From a virus: DNA of 64,000 nt. Positions 49,711 through 58,993 of this stretch are shown piece by piece. Each line of letters begins with the position of its first letter. The first letter of the stretch is position 1. The stretch is from IMG/VR virus record IMGVR_UViG_3300009159_000056, positions 19,992 through 83,991 of that record; one strand, given 5' to 3'. Below the pieces are notes generated by a model that was not told where the DNA came from, made no database searches, and worked only from the letters and a program-made list of their open reading frames with translations. Position numbers and translations under genes: made by a program.

Positions 49711-50085
49711 CTATCGACCAGCCATCATTATCATCTGCAAGTAGCAGATTTTACGTTTGAAAGTACGTTCCTTGTTCCACTCATAGATAATAATACGTGG
49801 ACGCTCTTTGGTTGTTTTTTCAAAGAAAATTTCTAATTCATCAGGCAGCAAGATACCTAGATGACGTAGAGTCCTATGGGCATTAGCTTCTAACCCACGA
49901 AGCAATTGCTTGTCATACCAACAACGAGCGAGAACTGCACCAAGGTACTCCATAACCCTTTCTTTGATCTGCTCAGAATCAATTACGGTTTCGACAGGCG
50001 GCTCCTGATCGAAGCTACCATCAGCTTCTGGACGATGACCATAAAGCTGCGAGCGATCATAAACTAGGACAGGTAAATTGCTCAT
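49711..50085 (-). CDS. Hypothetical protein with NHLP-leader/nitrile hydratase alpha-like motif
   Basis: LARCWYD..L...LEANAH.TL.HLGI.LPDELEI; start MSNLP with GAGGAG RBS. Confidence 0.5.
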   Translation of the reverse strand: MSNLPVLVYDRSQLYGHRPEADGSFDQEPPVETVIDSEQIKERVMEYLGAVLARCWYDKQLLRGLEANAHRTLRHLGILLPDELEIFFEKTTKERPRIIIYEWNKERTFKRKICYLQMIMMAGR

Positions 50086-50211
50086 TTGCTGAACTCCTCT
50101 GTGATCCGCTGTACCGCATGATGAGCGCCCTTGTACACACCGAAACAAAAGCAGATGAACCCGAAGGCGAGCATCGAGAAGATATAAGGTAGCATGTCCA
50201 TGAGCAACTCC

Positions 50212-50400
50212 TCAGTCGTTCGCCCAGAGGCATTTAAGAACACCACCATCGCGACTCAAAAGCGTAACCGACTTGTAGCCACCAAGATCACGTAGAGTGT
50301 ATCGGTAAAACCAATCACGTGCAGAGTCGACGAAATTGAATTCCTCGAGCAAAGTTTCAGTAGGCAAATTGTGGTCACCGTAGATCTTGTACATCATCAT
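50212..50400 (-). CDS. Hypothetical protein
   Basis: Start MMMYKIYG with GAGGAG RBS. Confidence 0.55.
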   Translation of the reverse strand: MMMYKIYGDHNLPTETLLEEFNFVDSARDWFYRYTLRDLGGYKSVTLLSRDGGVLKCLWAND

Positions 50401-50404
50401 CTCC

Positions 50405-50593
50405 TCAGTCGTTAGCCCAATCGGTGAGCTTGTAGTCCCAGTATTCGGCGTAGTTCTTGGCTCGCTCACCAACCTCAGCCACGGTCAAAGCCTTTATGGC
50501 GTATCCGCCTTGCTTGGCTTTGATCTCCTCGAGAGTAGCGATCAGGCGGTCAATACCCTCGTTCATGCGTTCATCAAGAGCGGTCATCGTCAT
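50405..50593 (-). CDS. Hypothetical protein
   Basis: AGGAG RBS; 62 aa. Confidence 0.6.
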   Translation of the reverse strand: MTMTALDERMNEGIDRLIATLEEIKAKQGGYAIKALTVAEVGERAKNYAEYWDYKLTDWAND

Positions 50594-50670
50594 CTCCTAG
50601 AAACCATTCCACTGAAGCCGACCGTAATCAGCTTGAGAGGAATGGACCCGTAGGTCCAAACCAACCTTAA

Positions 50671-51258
50671 TCAAACGTCTTCACGGACGAACTTAGGGCA
50701 AACACCAATCAAACGCTCGTCGCGGAGAATGGCGTCAACTTCCTCACGGGCGAGGCGGGGATCAAAATCCTGCACACCAGGACCTTCCTCAGCCGCTACA
50801 CGCTCGCCAAAGTCACGAACCTTCTTGGTCTTGAGCTTGGAAGAAACTTCGCGAAGGCGAGCGAGGTTGGCTTCCTTGACCATGGCAATAGCCTCAGACG
50901 AGTCAGCGACAGAAGTCTTAGCAGCCGCCTTGGCATTGATCGCACGGACCGACTTTTCAAAGGTAGCCTTGGGCGACTTAACCTTGGGAGCCTTCGCAAC
51001 CTTGGGAGCCTTCGGCGTAGCCGTACGAGTACCCTTCACCTCCCACGGGCGAACGTCAGGGCTATAGCCCTTAGCGAGACCATTGATCACCTTATGGCGG
51101 TAGTACACACGGGCACGACCGATATCAACGCCGATGGCGTCGGCAATCAGCTGGGAAACCTCGTCGTAGGTACGACCTACGTTGGCCTCCATAATTTCAA
51201 TCGCGATGCGAGTCTTATCACCATGCTTTTCAACCGTAGCAGACTTGACCTTAGCCAT
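50671..51258 (-). CDS. Basic Lys/Ala-rich early protein (possibly DNA-binding)
   Basis: Start MAKVKS with GAGG RBS, downstream of the promoter at 51314-51342; KAPKVAKAPKVKSPK. Confidence 0.6.
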   Translation of the reverse strand: MAKVKSATVEKHGDKTRIAIEIMEANVGRTYDEVSQLIADAIGVDIGRARVYYRHKVINGLAKGYSPDVRPWEVKGTRTATPKAPKVAKAPKVKSPKATFEKSVRAINAKAAAKTSVADSSEAIAMVKEANLARLREVSSKLKTKKVRDFGERVAAEEGPGVQDFDPRLAREEVDAILRDERLIGVCPKFVREDV

Positions 51259-51296
51259 AACAACCTCACCAGATTTAGGTAGGGGACCATTCCCCG

Positions 51297-51838
51297 TCAT
51301 CAACCTATTATTCATTCTACCGTACTTTTTGATATTTGTAAAGCGAATTGTTTTGTTAACATTCGTTACAATTTTCGAAACGGTTGGGGTAGCTTTAGCT
51401 TCGCTATAGTCTACGATCCTCGCCTTTTCGATCACTCGAAACGGGAAACGTTTATTACCAGTTCCGATACAAATTGAGTCCTGACCGACCCAGCTAGGGC
51501 TAGGCAATACTGGTCCGGTGTAGGACTCAAACTGAGCTATGGGGTAGGCGTATGCCGCCCGATTTGCCCAAAGAGGGCTGAGAACTTTCAAGGTTACGTT
51601 CAAGCTACGATCTCAACCTTGACCTTAGCAATACGCTTGACGTACCGAGTTTTCCTCAAACCAGCGGCGACGGCTACGGGCTGAGGGGCAACCACACCAC
51701 CACGAGCGAGGAAAGCAGCGACCAAGTCGGCGGTATTGGCGGAGGCAGCGAGTTTGGTAGCGGATGGCTTAAGCATTCAGAGAACTCCCGTTTCATCAAC
51801 CTATTATTCATTCTACCGTACTTTTTGATATTAGTCAA
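51297..51838 (-). repeat. Duplicated early-promoter cassette, exact 40-nt direct repeat (51297-51336 and 51793-51832)
   Basis: tcatcaacctattattcattctaccgtactttttgatatt twice; gives TTTACA- and TTGACT-N17-TAGAAT promoters. Confidence 0.9.
51600..51776 (-). CDS. Small basic early protein (58 aa)
   Basis: MLKPSATKLAASANTADLVAAFLARGGVV...; GGGAG RBS; directly after the promoter. Confidence 0.6.
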   Translation of the reverse strand: MLKPSATKLAASANTADLVAAFLARGGVVAPQPVAVAAGLRKTRYVKRIAKVKVEIVA

Positions 51839-51876
51839 GGAATTTGTTTCGAAAAGATCGTTTCAAAAATGTAACG

Positions 51877-51904
51877 AAAAAGGGGGAACCGAAATTCCCC
51901 CCTT
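51877..51904 (-). terminator. Intrinsic terminator
   Basis: GGGGGAAT-TTCG-GTTCCCCC-TTTTT on the minus strand. Confidence 0.85.
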
Positions 51905-51907
51905 AAG

Positions 51908-52207
51908 CTAAGCAATTAGCCGTTTCAATTTTTTATACATTAAGGTAGCTTCAGAAAGGTCAAAATTATCGTGTTTATACATATAGTCAATTTTACGTTT
52001 CACCACAATCAAAGCTTTTTCAGCCTCAAAACGGTCAATAAAATCAACACCTTTCATCATTTTACGAATTTCAACTTCATCAATACTATATTCAGCCCAT
52101 TTTTTAGAAGCAGGTATTTCACTTATTTTTAGAAAACCTTTAGACTTAGAAGTAGAATTATAACGGTTCACAAGGTTAGCAAGTTTAGAATAAGCCATAT
52201 TCACCAC
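51908..52207 (-). CDS. Hypothetical basic protein
   Basis: Own promoter and terminator; AT-rich codon usage. Confidence 0.65.
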   Translation of the reverse strand: MVNMAYSKLANLVNRYNSTSKSKGFLKISEIPASKKWAEYSIDEVEIRKMMKGVDFIDRFEAEKALIVVKRKIDYMYKHDNFDLSEATLMYKKLKRLIA

Positions 52208-52228
52208 TCCTTCATTAGCCCAATTTTT

Positions 52229-52257
52229 ATTCTAGCCTAGAAGCGGATATTTGTCAA
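52229..52257 (-). promoter_or_regulatory. Sigma70-type early promoter
   Basis: TTGACA-N17-TAGAAT. Confidence 0.8.
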
Positions 52258-52904
52258 GCGAAAAGTTCACGAACCTCGTCTTCATAAAGGTACTTGGGCT
52301 TGACAAATACCTGAGGCTCCTCGTGGTCAACGGCGATCAGGATAGCAATTTGAGGAATCACCATCCCCAGCCGCTCCTCGGCCATCATAGCGTAGCAGGT
52401 TGCCTGAAGGAAATAGCTCTGAATCCATTCTTCCTTCTTCGGCTTCCTTGATGTCTTGAAATCAATGATAGAGTTGATACCATCGAACTCAGCAATGCAA
52501 TCGGTAGCACCAGCAGTCTTGAGTACGTCAGAATAGAGAAAATACTCAAGACCGTAGATTTTGCCGATACGCTCATCGAGGATAGGACGAAGCTGCCTGA
52601 AGGTGTCTACGTTTGCCGGCATAGAACCCTTTGGGAAGCTTTCGTTGTTGAGTAGGTAGTGTTCTGCAATGTCATGGATTGCAGTACCACGATTCGCTGC
52701 CTGTGTTGAAATTCGGTTGGCTTCAGCATCGCCGACTTTCTTTCTCCATTCAAGGAGTGCAGTTTTATCCAGCTTCTCGTCAAGGATAGTTGTGACTGAC
52801 TTGTACTTCCCCCCTTCGGGAGTCACATAGTGACGTTTTCCATCAATCACAACTCGTTCTAGCTTGAAAGGCGTAAAGAACTCATGCTCAAATATTTTTC
52901 TCAC
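52254..52904 (-). CDS. PD-(D/E)XK exonuclease
   Basis: Y.SVTTIL...WRKKVG..EA...RGTAIH...AG..DCIAEFDG..SIIDFKTS...YFLQ..Y. Confidence 0.85.
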   Translation of the reverse strand: MRKIFEHEFFTPFKLERVVIDGKRHYVTPEGGKYKSVTTILDEKLDKTALLEWRKKVGDAEANRISTQAANRGTAIHDIAEHYLLNNESFPKGSMPANVDTFRQLRPILDERIGKIYGLEYFLYSDVLKTAGATDCIAEFDGINSIIDFKTSRKPKKEEWIQSYFLQATCYAMMAEERLGMVIPQIAILIAVDHEEPQVFVKPKYLYEDEVRELFA

Positions 52905-53638
52905 GCAGCGATACCCAATCTGTGTTTCGAAATGATATACTCCTTGACCATCGCAGATCTCACAATATCATTTTCATTAAATTCAATAAATTCGAAGGAC
53001 TTCATCCTGTCAATAATTTTCATGAAGTCCTTGAGTCCGTTCCTATCCTGCTCGCGAGTGAAGTCAGACTGGCTGAAATCTCCTGAGAAGATAATCTTGC
53101 AGTTCTTACCTACACGAGTGATTATCGAATCAAGCTCATGCAGTGTCAGATTGGCAATCTCGTCAACCACAATGATGCTATCATTAAGAGTAATGCCTCG
53201 TATGAAAGAAGTAGATATGAAGTCCACAATCCCTCGGGACTTAAGTACCTCATAAGCATCTCCTCTTCCAAAGAGCTCTGAGCAGATAGCGTAGTAGGGT
53301 GCTTCATATACCTTCGCCTTTTCCTTATTGTTTCCTGGTAGGAATCCCATATCTCTGGTAGGCACTACACTTCTAACAATGACGACTTTCTTATATATGC
53401 TGTCAGTTTTGATGACTTCTTTCAAAGAAAGATACAACGAGATGAAACTTTTACCAGTACCAGCCATGCCATGTAGCATCAAATTTTTGTGATTGAAATT
53501 TTGATACGTTAGCTTTTGATTGGCTGTTAATGGTTCGAAATGTTTTAGGCTCAAATTGTTTCTTTGAACGCTTTCTTCCTTTCCACCTTGTTGACGCTGT
53601 ATTCTTTTTTCTTTTCTAGTCAATCTTTCTGTTGTCAT
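52901..53638 (-). CDS. phoH: PhoH-like ATPase
   Basis: GMAGTGKS; RSVVPTRDMGFLPG; FIRGIT; IVVDE; TRVG; GDFSQSD; DIVRS. Confidence 0.92.
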   Translation of the reverse strand: MTTERLTRKEKRIQRQQGGKEESVQRNNLSLKHFEPLTANQKLTYQNFNHKNLMLHGMAGTGKSFISLYLSLKEVIKTDSIYKKVVIVRSVVPTRDMGFLPGNNKEKAKVYEAPYYAICSELFGRGDAYEVLKSRGIVDFISTSFIRGITLNDSIIVVDEIANLTLHELDSIITRVGKNCKIIFSGDFSQSDFTREQDRNGLKDFMKIIDRMKSFEFIEFNENDIVRSAMVKEYIISKHRLGIAA

Positions 53639-53650
53639 TGTTACTCTTTT

Positions 53651-53893
53651 TTAAAATGTGTTAATCGTACTCCTAGAGATACCCTTTGAGTTGCCTTTTT
53701 TGATAGTCTTGAGCAAATCTCTGAAACCCGAATCAGGCTTCTTCAATCCTCTACCAGACGACAGGGCTGGTGCACCATTAACTAGTTGCGTTATGTGTGG
53801 GTTAGTCTTCAAATACTCATCTAGAGCCGAAATACCCATAAAGTCGGTATGCTCCTCACCAGTTTCATTATTAAGAAATTTGTACGTTGGCAT
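53651..53893 (-). CDS. Conserved T4-like hypothetical protein
   Basis: MPTYKF.N.ETGE...YLK.NPHI.Q...KPDSGF. Confidence 0.7.
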   Translation of the reverse strand: MPTYKFLNNETGEEHTDFMGISALDEYLKTNPHITQLVNGAPALSSGRGLKKPDSGFRDLLKTIKKGNSKGISRSTINTF

Positions 53894-54111
53894 TACAGAT
53901 TATCTTCCTCAAACTTTGAATAGTTTGTTTCGAAACCAGTTTCGTCTTCTTCGTCTTCAATTAGAGCGGTGATATCCCTGGTGCGAAGGGCACGTTCAAC
54001 TCTCTTTTGATTCTTCTTTTCAAGGTAGTTACTACGGTTATCAGAATATTCTTCTTCATCATCGTAGGACCAGTCATTCTTACGAAATTTCTTGAAGGTA
54101 GCCTTGCTCAT
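53893..54111 (-). CDS. Hypothetical charged protein
   Basis: Start MSKATF overlaps the upstream stop. Confidence 0.6.
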   Translation of the reverse strand: MSKATFKKFRKNDWSYDDEEEYSDNRSNYLEKKNQKRVERALRTRDITALIEDEEDETGFETNYSKFEEDNL

Positions 54112-54530
54112 TATGCGATCAATCCCGGATATGCTTCGCTGACGATTTCTGCTGTAATGCCTTTCCATGGCAGCTTCTTGTCTTTGACAGCACAAAGAAG
54201 CTTGGCATCGGCAGGTGTGACTGTTTCCAACATTTCTACGAACATGAACTCTCTCTTGTTCTGCTTCAATTTAGGATTGCCGCCTTCGATAAAATGAACA
54301 AGCTTGCGAGCATCATGAATCAAAACATTTTCTTGGTCTACAAGATCATTTGGCTTGTAGGGAGGAGTACCTTCTGGCAATAGCCACTTGACACGAGAGT
54401 CGAATGCTCCTTGAAGGATTGTCTTGATAACGAAATGATCGTTCTCTCTCAATACTCGTACTTTTTCTTCTTTGGTTTTAAATTTCGACACATTCTCTAA
54501 AAATTCAGCAACACCAATTCTCGTAGCCAT
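54111..54530 (-). CDS. Conserved T4-like hypothetical protein
   Basis: WLLPEGTPPY...KRE.MF.EMLE...DAKLL..VKDKKL. Confidence 0.75.
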   Translation of the reverse strand: MATRIGVAEFLENVSKFKTKEEKVRVLRENDHFVIKTILQGAFDSRVKWLLPEGTPPYKPNDLVDQENVLIHDARKLVHFIEGGNPKLKQNKREFMFVEMLETVTPADAKLLCAVKDKKLPWKGITAEIVSEAYPGLIA

Positions 54531-55378
54531 TAAAATTCCCCTATGTTTTCCATTAAGTTTTTAAGTTTGTTAGCAATGAAATAATTAAACATCTTCTCAC
54601 GACCCTTGTCGGTTTGTGCATTATATGATTCTAGAATCTTCTCTTGTACAGTGCCAGGCACCATACTTAGATTAATCAAGTGTTTGTTCCGTGCATAATT
54701 CCGAGCCAAAGAGTGATCAAATTTACCATCAAGACCAAGCTCGATCAGTGCCTCCATCTTCTTCTGAGTCAGCGGCTTCTGGCGCTCCCCAATAACAAGG
54801 CAATTATCAGAAGAGAGTACGTTAGGTACGCCATCGCCACTATCTCCCTTGAGTACATGCTCGATCAAATAACGATCCGGATCGGGATGAGAAATTTTCT
54901 TCTTGCGAACAGGATCATACTGCTGAACCCCATCATACTTATGGAGCTGGATAAAGTCCTTATCACCAGAAAGGATCAGGATGTTCTGTTCCTCATGCTT
55001 CTCCTTAACGAGAGTCGCAATGATGTCATCCGCCTCAGCAGATTCAATATCAATAACACGGTATGGGAAATATTCTTTGAGCTCAGCACGAATCTTGTTC
55101 ATGCATTCGAAGATAGACTTCCAGTCCATTTCGGACTTCTCTTGAGCCTTCTTACGGTTCGCCTTGTAATAAGGGAACAGCTGCTTACGCCAGTAGTTGG
55201 TGTTATCACAAGCGATAATCATTTCACCAAACTCTTGACCGAATTTAGACTTGTACGAGCGAAGAGAATTGAGAACCATATGGCGAACCATATTCTCTTC
55301 TATTTTAGCATTTGTATGGTTGCCAATTTGAACCATCAGGTTCGACAACATCACTTGGTTGAGATCAACGATAATCAT
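54530..55378 (-). CDS. rnh: T4-type RNase H / 5'-3' exonuclease
   Basis: YWRK..FPYYKANRK; EADDIIA; ILSGDKDFIQL; GDSGDGVPN; start corrected to MIIVDLNQ. Confidence 0.92.
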   Translation of the reverse strand: MIIVDLNQVMLSNLMVQIGNHTNAKIEENMVRHMVLNSLRSYKSKFGQEFGEMIIACDNTNYWRKQLFPYYKANRKKAQEKSEMDWKSIFECMNKIRAELKEYFPYRVIDIESAEADDIIATLVKEKHEEQNILILSGDKDFIQLHKYDGVQQYDPVRKKKISHPDPDRYLIEHVLKGDSGDGVPNVLSSDNCLVIGERQKPLTQKKMEALIELGLDGKFDHSLARNYARNKHLINLSMVPGTVQEKILESYNAQTDKGREKMFNYFIANKLKNLMENIGEF

Positions 55379-55391
55379 TACGATACAGCTT

Positions 55392-55793
55392 TCAGCTGTT
55401 TCCTTTCTCGAGGTTTTTAAATTCAATATGGAGTTTTTTAGCTAAACTGAAAACTCCCTTATTGGATAGATCAGGTTCGAAGATGTTTTCTGATATTTGT
55501 TGGAACGGGTGGTCCATATTGTAATGCTTACACAATAAAGACCTGATTGCTTCTACCATAAAGGCGCCATCCTTAACGTTAGGATCATCAATCAACTCAT
55601 CATCTTCGTCCATGTCAGCAAAATCAAACCCTGCTGATTCTAGATACGTGAAAAGCATAGGAATAACAGTAGCCAGCGTTTCATTAATATGATGTTGTTT
55701 CAATTGATAAATTTTAGAGTCAACTTCCTCTAAATTTACAGGGGCGGCGTATGGGTTATTATTATTCTTAGGAAACGGTATAACGTTATCCAT
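55392..55793 (-). CDS. Hypothetical protein
   Basis: MDNVIPFPK; TATAAATA at 55824-55831 upstream. Confidence 0.7.
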   Translation of the reverse strand: MDNVIPFPKNNNNPYAAPVNLEEVDSKIYQLKQHHINETLATVIPMLFTYLESAGFDFADMDEDDELIDDPNVKDGAFMVEAIRSLLCKHYNMDHPFQQISENIFEPDLSNKGVFSLAKKLHIEFKNLEKGNS

Positions 55794-55833
55794 TAAATTA
55801 CCTTTTTCAACGGGAACTGCATATATTTATACA

Positions 55834-56835
55834 TTATGTTCTGTAGATAAATCTATCTTCGTTTTCGTTCCGATTCTTAAGGTTGCCATCAGCCTTCTTG
55901 AGAACCAAAGAGTTCATCAAAGATGTCCATTCTACTTCTCTACGTTTCCAGTTGAAACGAATGTCAGCGTAAGACTTTACAAATCCTAGCTCTGTATCAA
56001 GATTATCTGTACGAACAGAATCAATAGCATCCGCTAGAACAGAGTAGAAACGACTAGCATGCATGCTAGGATCTTCATCAAAATTGTACATGCGAGTAAG
56101 ACCACCACTAGTGTCCCAGAGAGCGCCGAGATTACTATGCACACACAGAGTACGAGATGACATAGCTTCCATCAAACTGATGCAAGAAGATTCGGTCCAA
56201 ATTGACGGGTATGCATAAATATGAGCCTTGTCAAGAGCTTCGCGAATAACTTCGTTCTTCTGGTAACCATGATAGTTGATTTGCGGATGATTGATACAAC
56301 GATCAAACAGTGCCTTGTATTGGGCGTCACGATCTCCCCAACCATACATATTGAAGCTCGAATATACATCAAGAACGATATTCTTGTCTTCCTCTGCTAG
56401 TCTTTCGAATACAGGAACAAGAATTTCTAACCCACGATGAGGAGTAGTGTGATAGATAAGATTGACTTTCTCAAAAGGATCTGGCTTATCTTTAACTTCA
56501 AAAGGCTCGATAGCATTACACAAGGTAACACACTTCCAATAAGGAATGTTAAAAGCTTTTTGGAAACCAGTTTGCTGCCAATGAGAATTGAACACCAACA
56601 TGTCGAAATTCTTCCAGCCATTGTTCTTCAATGGTCCAATAGAATTAGGATCTTCGGGTAGGTCCTGATGCCAATAAATTTTAATAAGATCAGGATTCAA
56701 AGGCTCTTGAATGCGAGAAACGAAAATTTGAAACTGATCAGTCAGCTCCTTCGGGAGACGCTCGATCAGCTTGTATTTCATCAATTCACTACCACCCATC
56801 GCCTTGGCGCTGAGTTCATCTTTAGCTAACGGCAT
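55834..56835 (-). CDS. GT-B glycosyltransferase (GT4/Glycos_transf_1-like)
   Basis: GGSE; LIYHTTPHRGL; AYPSIWTESSCISLMEAMS (E-x7-E). Confidence 0.85.
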   Translation of the reverse strand: MPLAKDELSAKAMGGSELMKYKLIERLPKELTDQFQIFVSRIQEPLNPDLIKIYWHQDLPEDPNSIGPLKNNGWKNFDMLVFNSHWQQTGFQKAFNIPYWKCVTLCNAIEPFEVKDKPDPFEKVNLIYHTTPHRGLEILVPVFERLAEEDKNIVLDVYSSFNMYGWGDRDAQYKALFDRCINHPQINYHGYQKNEVIREALDKAHIYAYPSIWTESSCISLMEAMSSRTLCVHSNLGALWDTSGGLTRMYNFDEDPSMHASRFYSVLADAIDSVRTDNLDTELGFVKSYADIRFNWKRREVEWTSLMNSLVLKKADGNLKNRNENEDRFIYRT

Positions 56836-57676
56836 AGTTCTCTTTCCATTCTTTAATGTGATTAATTACGTCCTTGGTTGCTTTCCAACCAGGAACGTTA
56901 GGCAAACTCAATGTTGTGTGCAGTTCATATGGTCTTTTGTCAAGCTGATACTCGATAGAGTGGTCGAATGCATCGGCAATTTCCTGGATTGAATAGTTTT
57001 GACCAGTACCAATATGGAAAACTCTGTTCATATCATTCTTCTTCAGGATAAGTTCAAGAGCATCTATTGTATCATCGATATGAGTGAAATCACGGCGGCG
57101 ATTTGGTCCATACACGGGTAGAGGCACGTCTTCCTCAACCTTCTGCTTGAATTTACGAATGACTGTGGTGTACTCACCCAAATCCTTCTCTCTCATCGAA
57201 CCATAGACATTATAAAACTTTACAATAGAAAAGTCAATGCCAAAGTGCATGTTATACAAATATAAAATGTCATCACATACCTTCTTGGAAAAAGTGTATG
57301 GATTATTAAACTTGTCGGTAAATTCAGTCGTCGATGATGATGCATAATATAGCTTACCAGAGGGATTGGTCTCGCGCATGTACTCGAGAATAGCAATCGT
57401 ACTCTGGTAGTTGTTGAGCAATGTTTCTTGTGGGTAGTCGAACGACATAGAAATTCTAGCGTTGTTAGCTAGATGATAAATTACGTCATATATTTTGACT
57501 GATTCTTTACAAAAACTAACAACATCGGTGAGGTAGTAATTTACATCACCCTTTACCATCCATCTAACGTCGCCCGTGGAAAGATCATCAACAACATCAA
57601 CTGAATGATCCTGCATCAATCTTTCCACAAGAAAACTACCAATGAAACCTAGTCCACCTGTTACAAGGATACGCAT
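56822..57676 (-). CDS. NAD-dependent nucleotide-sugar epimerase/dehydratase
   Basis: ILVTGGLGFIGS; YASSS; YTFSK (YxxxK); FYNVYG; RDFTHIDD. Confidence 0.9.
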   Translation of the reverse strand: MRILVTGGLGFIGSFLVERLMQDHSVDVVDDLSTGDVRWMVKGDVNYYLTDVVSFCKESVKIYDVIYHLANNARISMSFDYPQETLLNNYQSTIAILEYMRETNPSGKLYYASSSTTEFTDKFNNPYTFSKKVCDDILYLYNMHFGIDFSIVKFYNVYGSMREKDLGEYTTVIRKFKQKVEEDVPLPVYGPNRRRDFTHIDDTIDALELILKKNDMNRVFHIGTGQNYSIQEIADAFDHSIEYQLDKRPYELHTTLSLPNVPGWKATKDVINHIKEWKENYAVS

Positions 57677-58254
57677 CAGCTACGTTCTGCTTCCGTAGCC
57701 TGAGAATTAAGGTAAGCCATAATGCTTTCTGGACTAGAAATACCATAAGGATCATCGTTAGCTTCATCGCGATAACCTGGCTCTTCAAACCAAGCTTCGA
57801 TCAAACCATCATCGATGATAGCGGCATAACGCCAAGAACGCTTACCGAAGCCAAGGTTGTACTTGTTAACAAGCATCCCAAGACCCTGAGTAAATGATGC
57901 ATTACCGTCAGGGATAACTTTAACATTGAAGATGCTTTGACTGTTCGACCAAGCAGTCATAACAAAAGAATCGTTCACCGACATACAATAAATTTCATCA
58001 ATATCGTGAAGCTCTTGAAATTCATTGTACATCTGTTCGAACCCAGGAAGCTGAAAAATCGAACAGGTAGGAGTGAAAGCGCCAGGAACCGAGAAAAGGA
58101 TAACTCGCTTCCCAGCAAAATAATCAGCAGTGCTCATGTCCTGCCAACGATAAGGATTTGGCCCACCAACAGATTCATCACGAACACGTGTTCGAAAAGT
58201 TACATTAGGAACACGTCGACCGACATAACTAGCCATACCAATATAATTTACCAT
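57676..58254 (-). CDS. Peroxiredoxin (Prx5/redoxin family)
   Basis: FSVPGAFTPTCS; SVNDSFVM.AW; IPDGN; GFG.RSWRYA. Confidence 0.92.
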   Translation of the reverse strand: MVNYIGMASYVGRRVPNVTFRTRVRDESVGGPNPYRWQDMSTADYFAGKRVILFSVPGAFTPTCSIFQLPGFEQMYNEFQELHDIDEIYCMSVNDSFVMTAWSNSQSIFNVKVIPDGNASFTQGLGMLVNKYNLGFGKRSWRYAAIIDDGLIEAWFEEPGYRDEANDDPYGISSPESIMAYLNSQATEAERS

Positions 58255-58268
58255 AACAAATCTCCAAA

Positions 58269-58673
58269 TTATTCAGTAGTCGTTACTTCTGTAATCGTTT
58301 CTTCTGTGAATTCCATAGGAGGAGCTTGACGCTCGATAAATGCAGTATTATACTTTTGAAACTTAAATGCGCCAGTAGCAATTTCGATCACCTTCGAAGG
58401 ATCGAAAGGCTTGCAAGAGAAAATATCAAGATACATAGTGTCGTTCTCATCAACAAAATGAGCACAAATATTTGAGGTTTCAATAAGCTGAACGAGCGTA
58501 TACCCAGCCTTATCGCCCGAACCAAACTTAACAACCTGTGGTTCGCCATAGGCAACCATGTCAATTCCTTCTACCAATCTCTTGGCGAAGTCGGTAATAA
58601 CATTTGGATCGGTGATATCCGAGTGGCTGCACCCAGAACAATCCAAAATAAGATGATAACCCCAATGCGTCAT
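58269..58673 (-). CDS. speD: Pyruvoyl-dependent S-adenosylmethionine decarboxylase-like proenzyme
   Basis: GYHLILD..GC; GYTLVQLIETSNICAHF; YLDIFSCK.F. Confidence 0.75.
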   Translation of the reverse strand: MTHWGYHLILDCSGCSHSDITDPNVITDFAKRLVEGIDMVAYGEPQVVKFGSGDKAGYTLVQLIETSNICAHFVDENDTMYLDIFSCKPFDPSKVIEIATGAFKFQKYNTAFIERQAPPMEFTEETITEVTTTE

Positions 58674-58684
58674 GTTAGTCTCCT

Positions 58685-58993
58685 TTAGCCGCCGATAGGC
58701 TCTGGCTTGTCATAGTTAATTTTGTTGATGAATTTGAGCTTTTGCTCTTCGGTCCAGCTCTTTAGGTAGTCATTGTCTTCGTCGAACATCCTTAGATATT
58801 CGTCTTTATTTATTTCTCTGTAAGAGAGGATGACGGGGCTTGGAGTAAGATGCTCTTGCGAAAACTCGTTAAATTCTGTATTACCATATTCACAAATTAC
58901 TTCATCAAGAGCATGTTCAGTATCATCTTCTACCTCAACGCAATAGCGAATGCGAAACTGTGAAAGGCAGTCAACCATAACAAGTTTTTTCAT
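58685..58993 (-). CDS. Hypothetical protein
   Basis: EFSQEHL...FDEDNDYL..W..EQK. Confidence 0.65.
   Translation of the reverse strand: MKKLVMVDCLSQFRIRYCVEVEDDTEHALDEVICEYGNTEFNEFSQEHLTPSPVILSYREINKDEYLRMFDEDNDYLKSWTEEQKLKFINKINYDKPEPIGG

Noticed and set aside
52254-52904. Cas4 of a CRISPR system
   Set aside because: No Fe-S cysteine cluster, cas genes or array; it is the usual exonuclease beside phoH.
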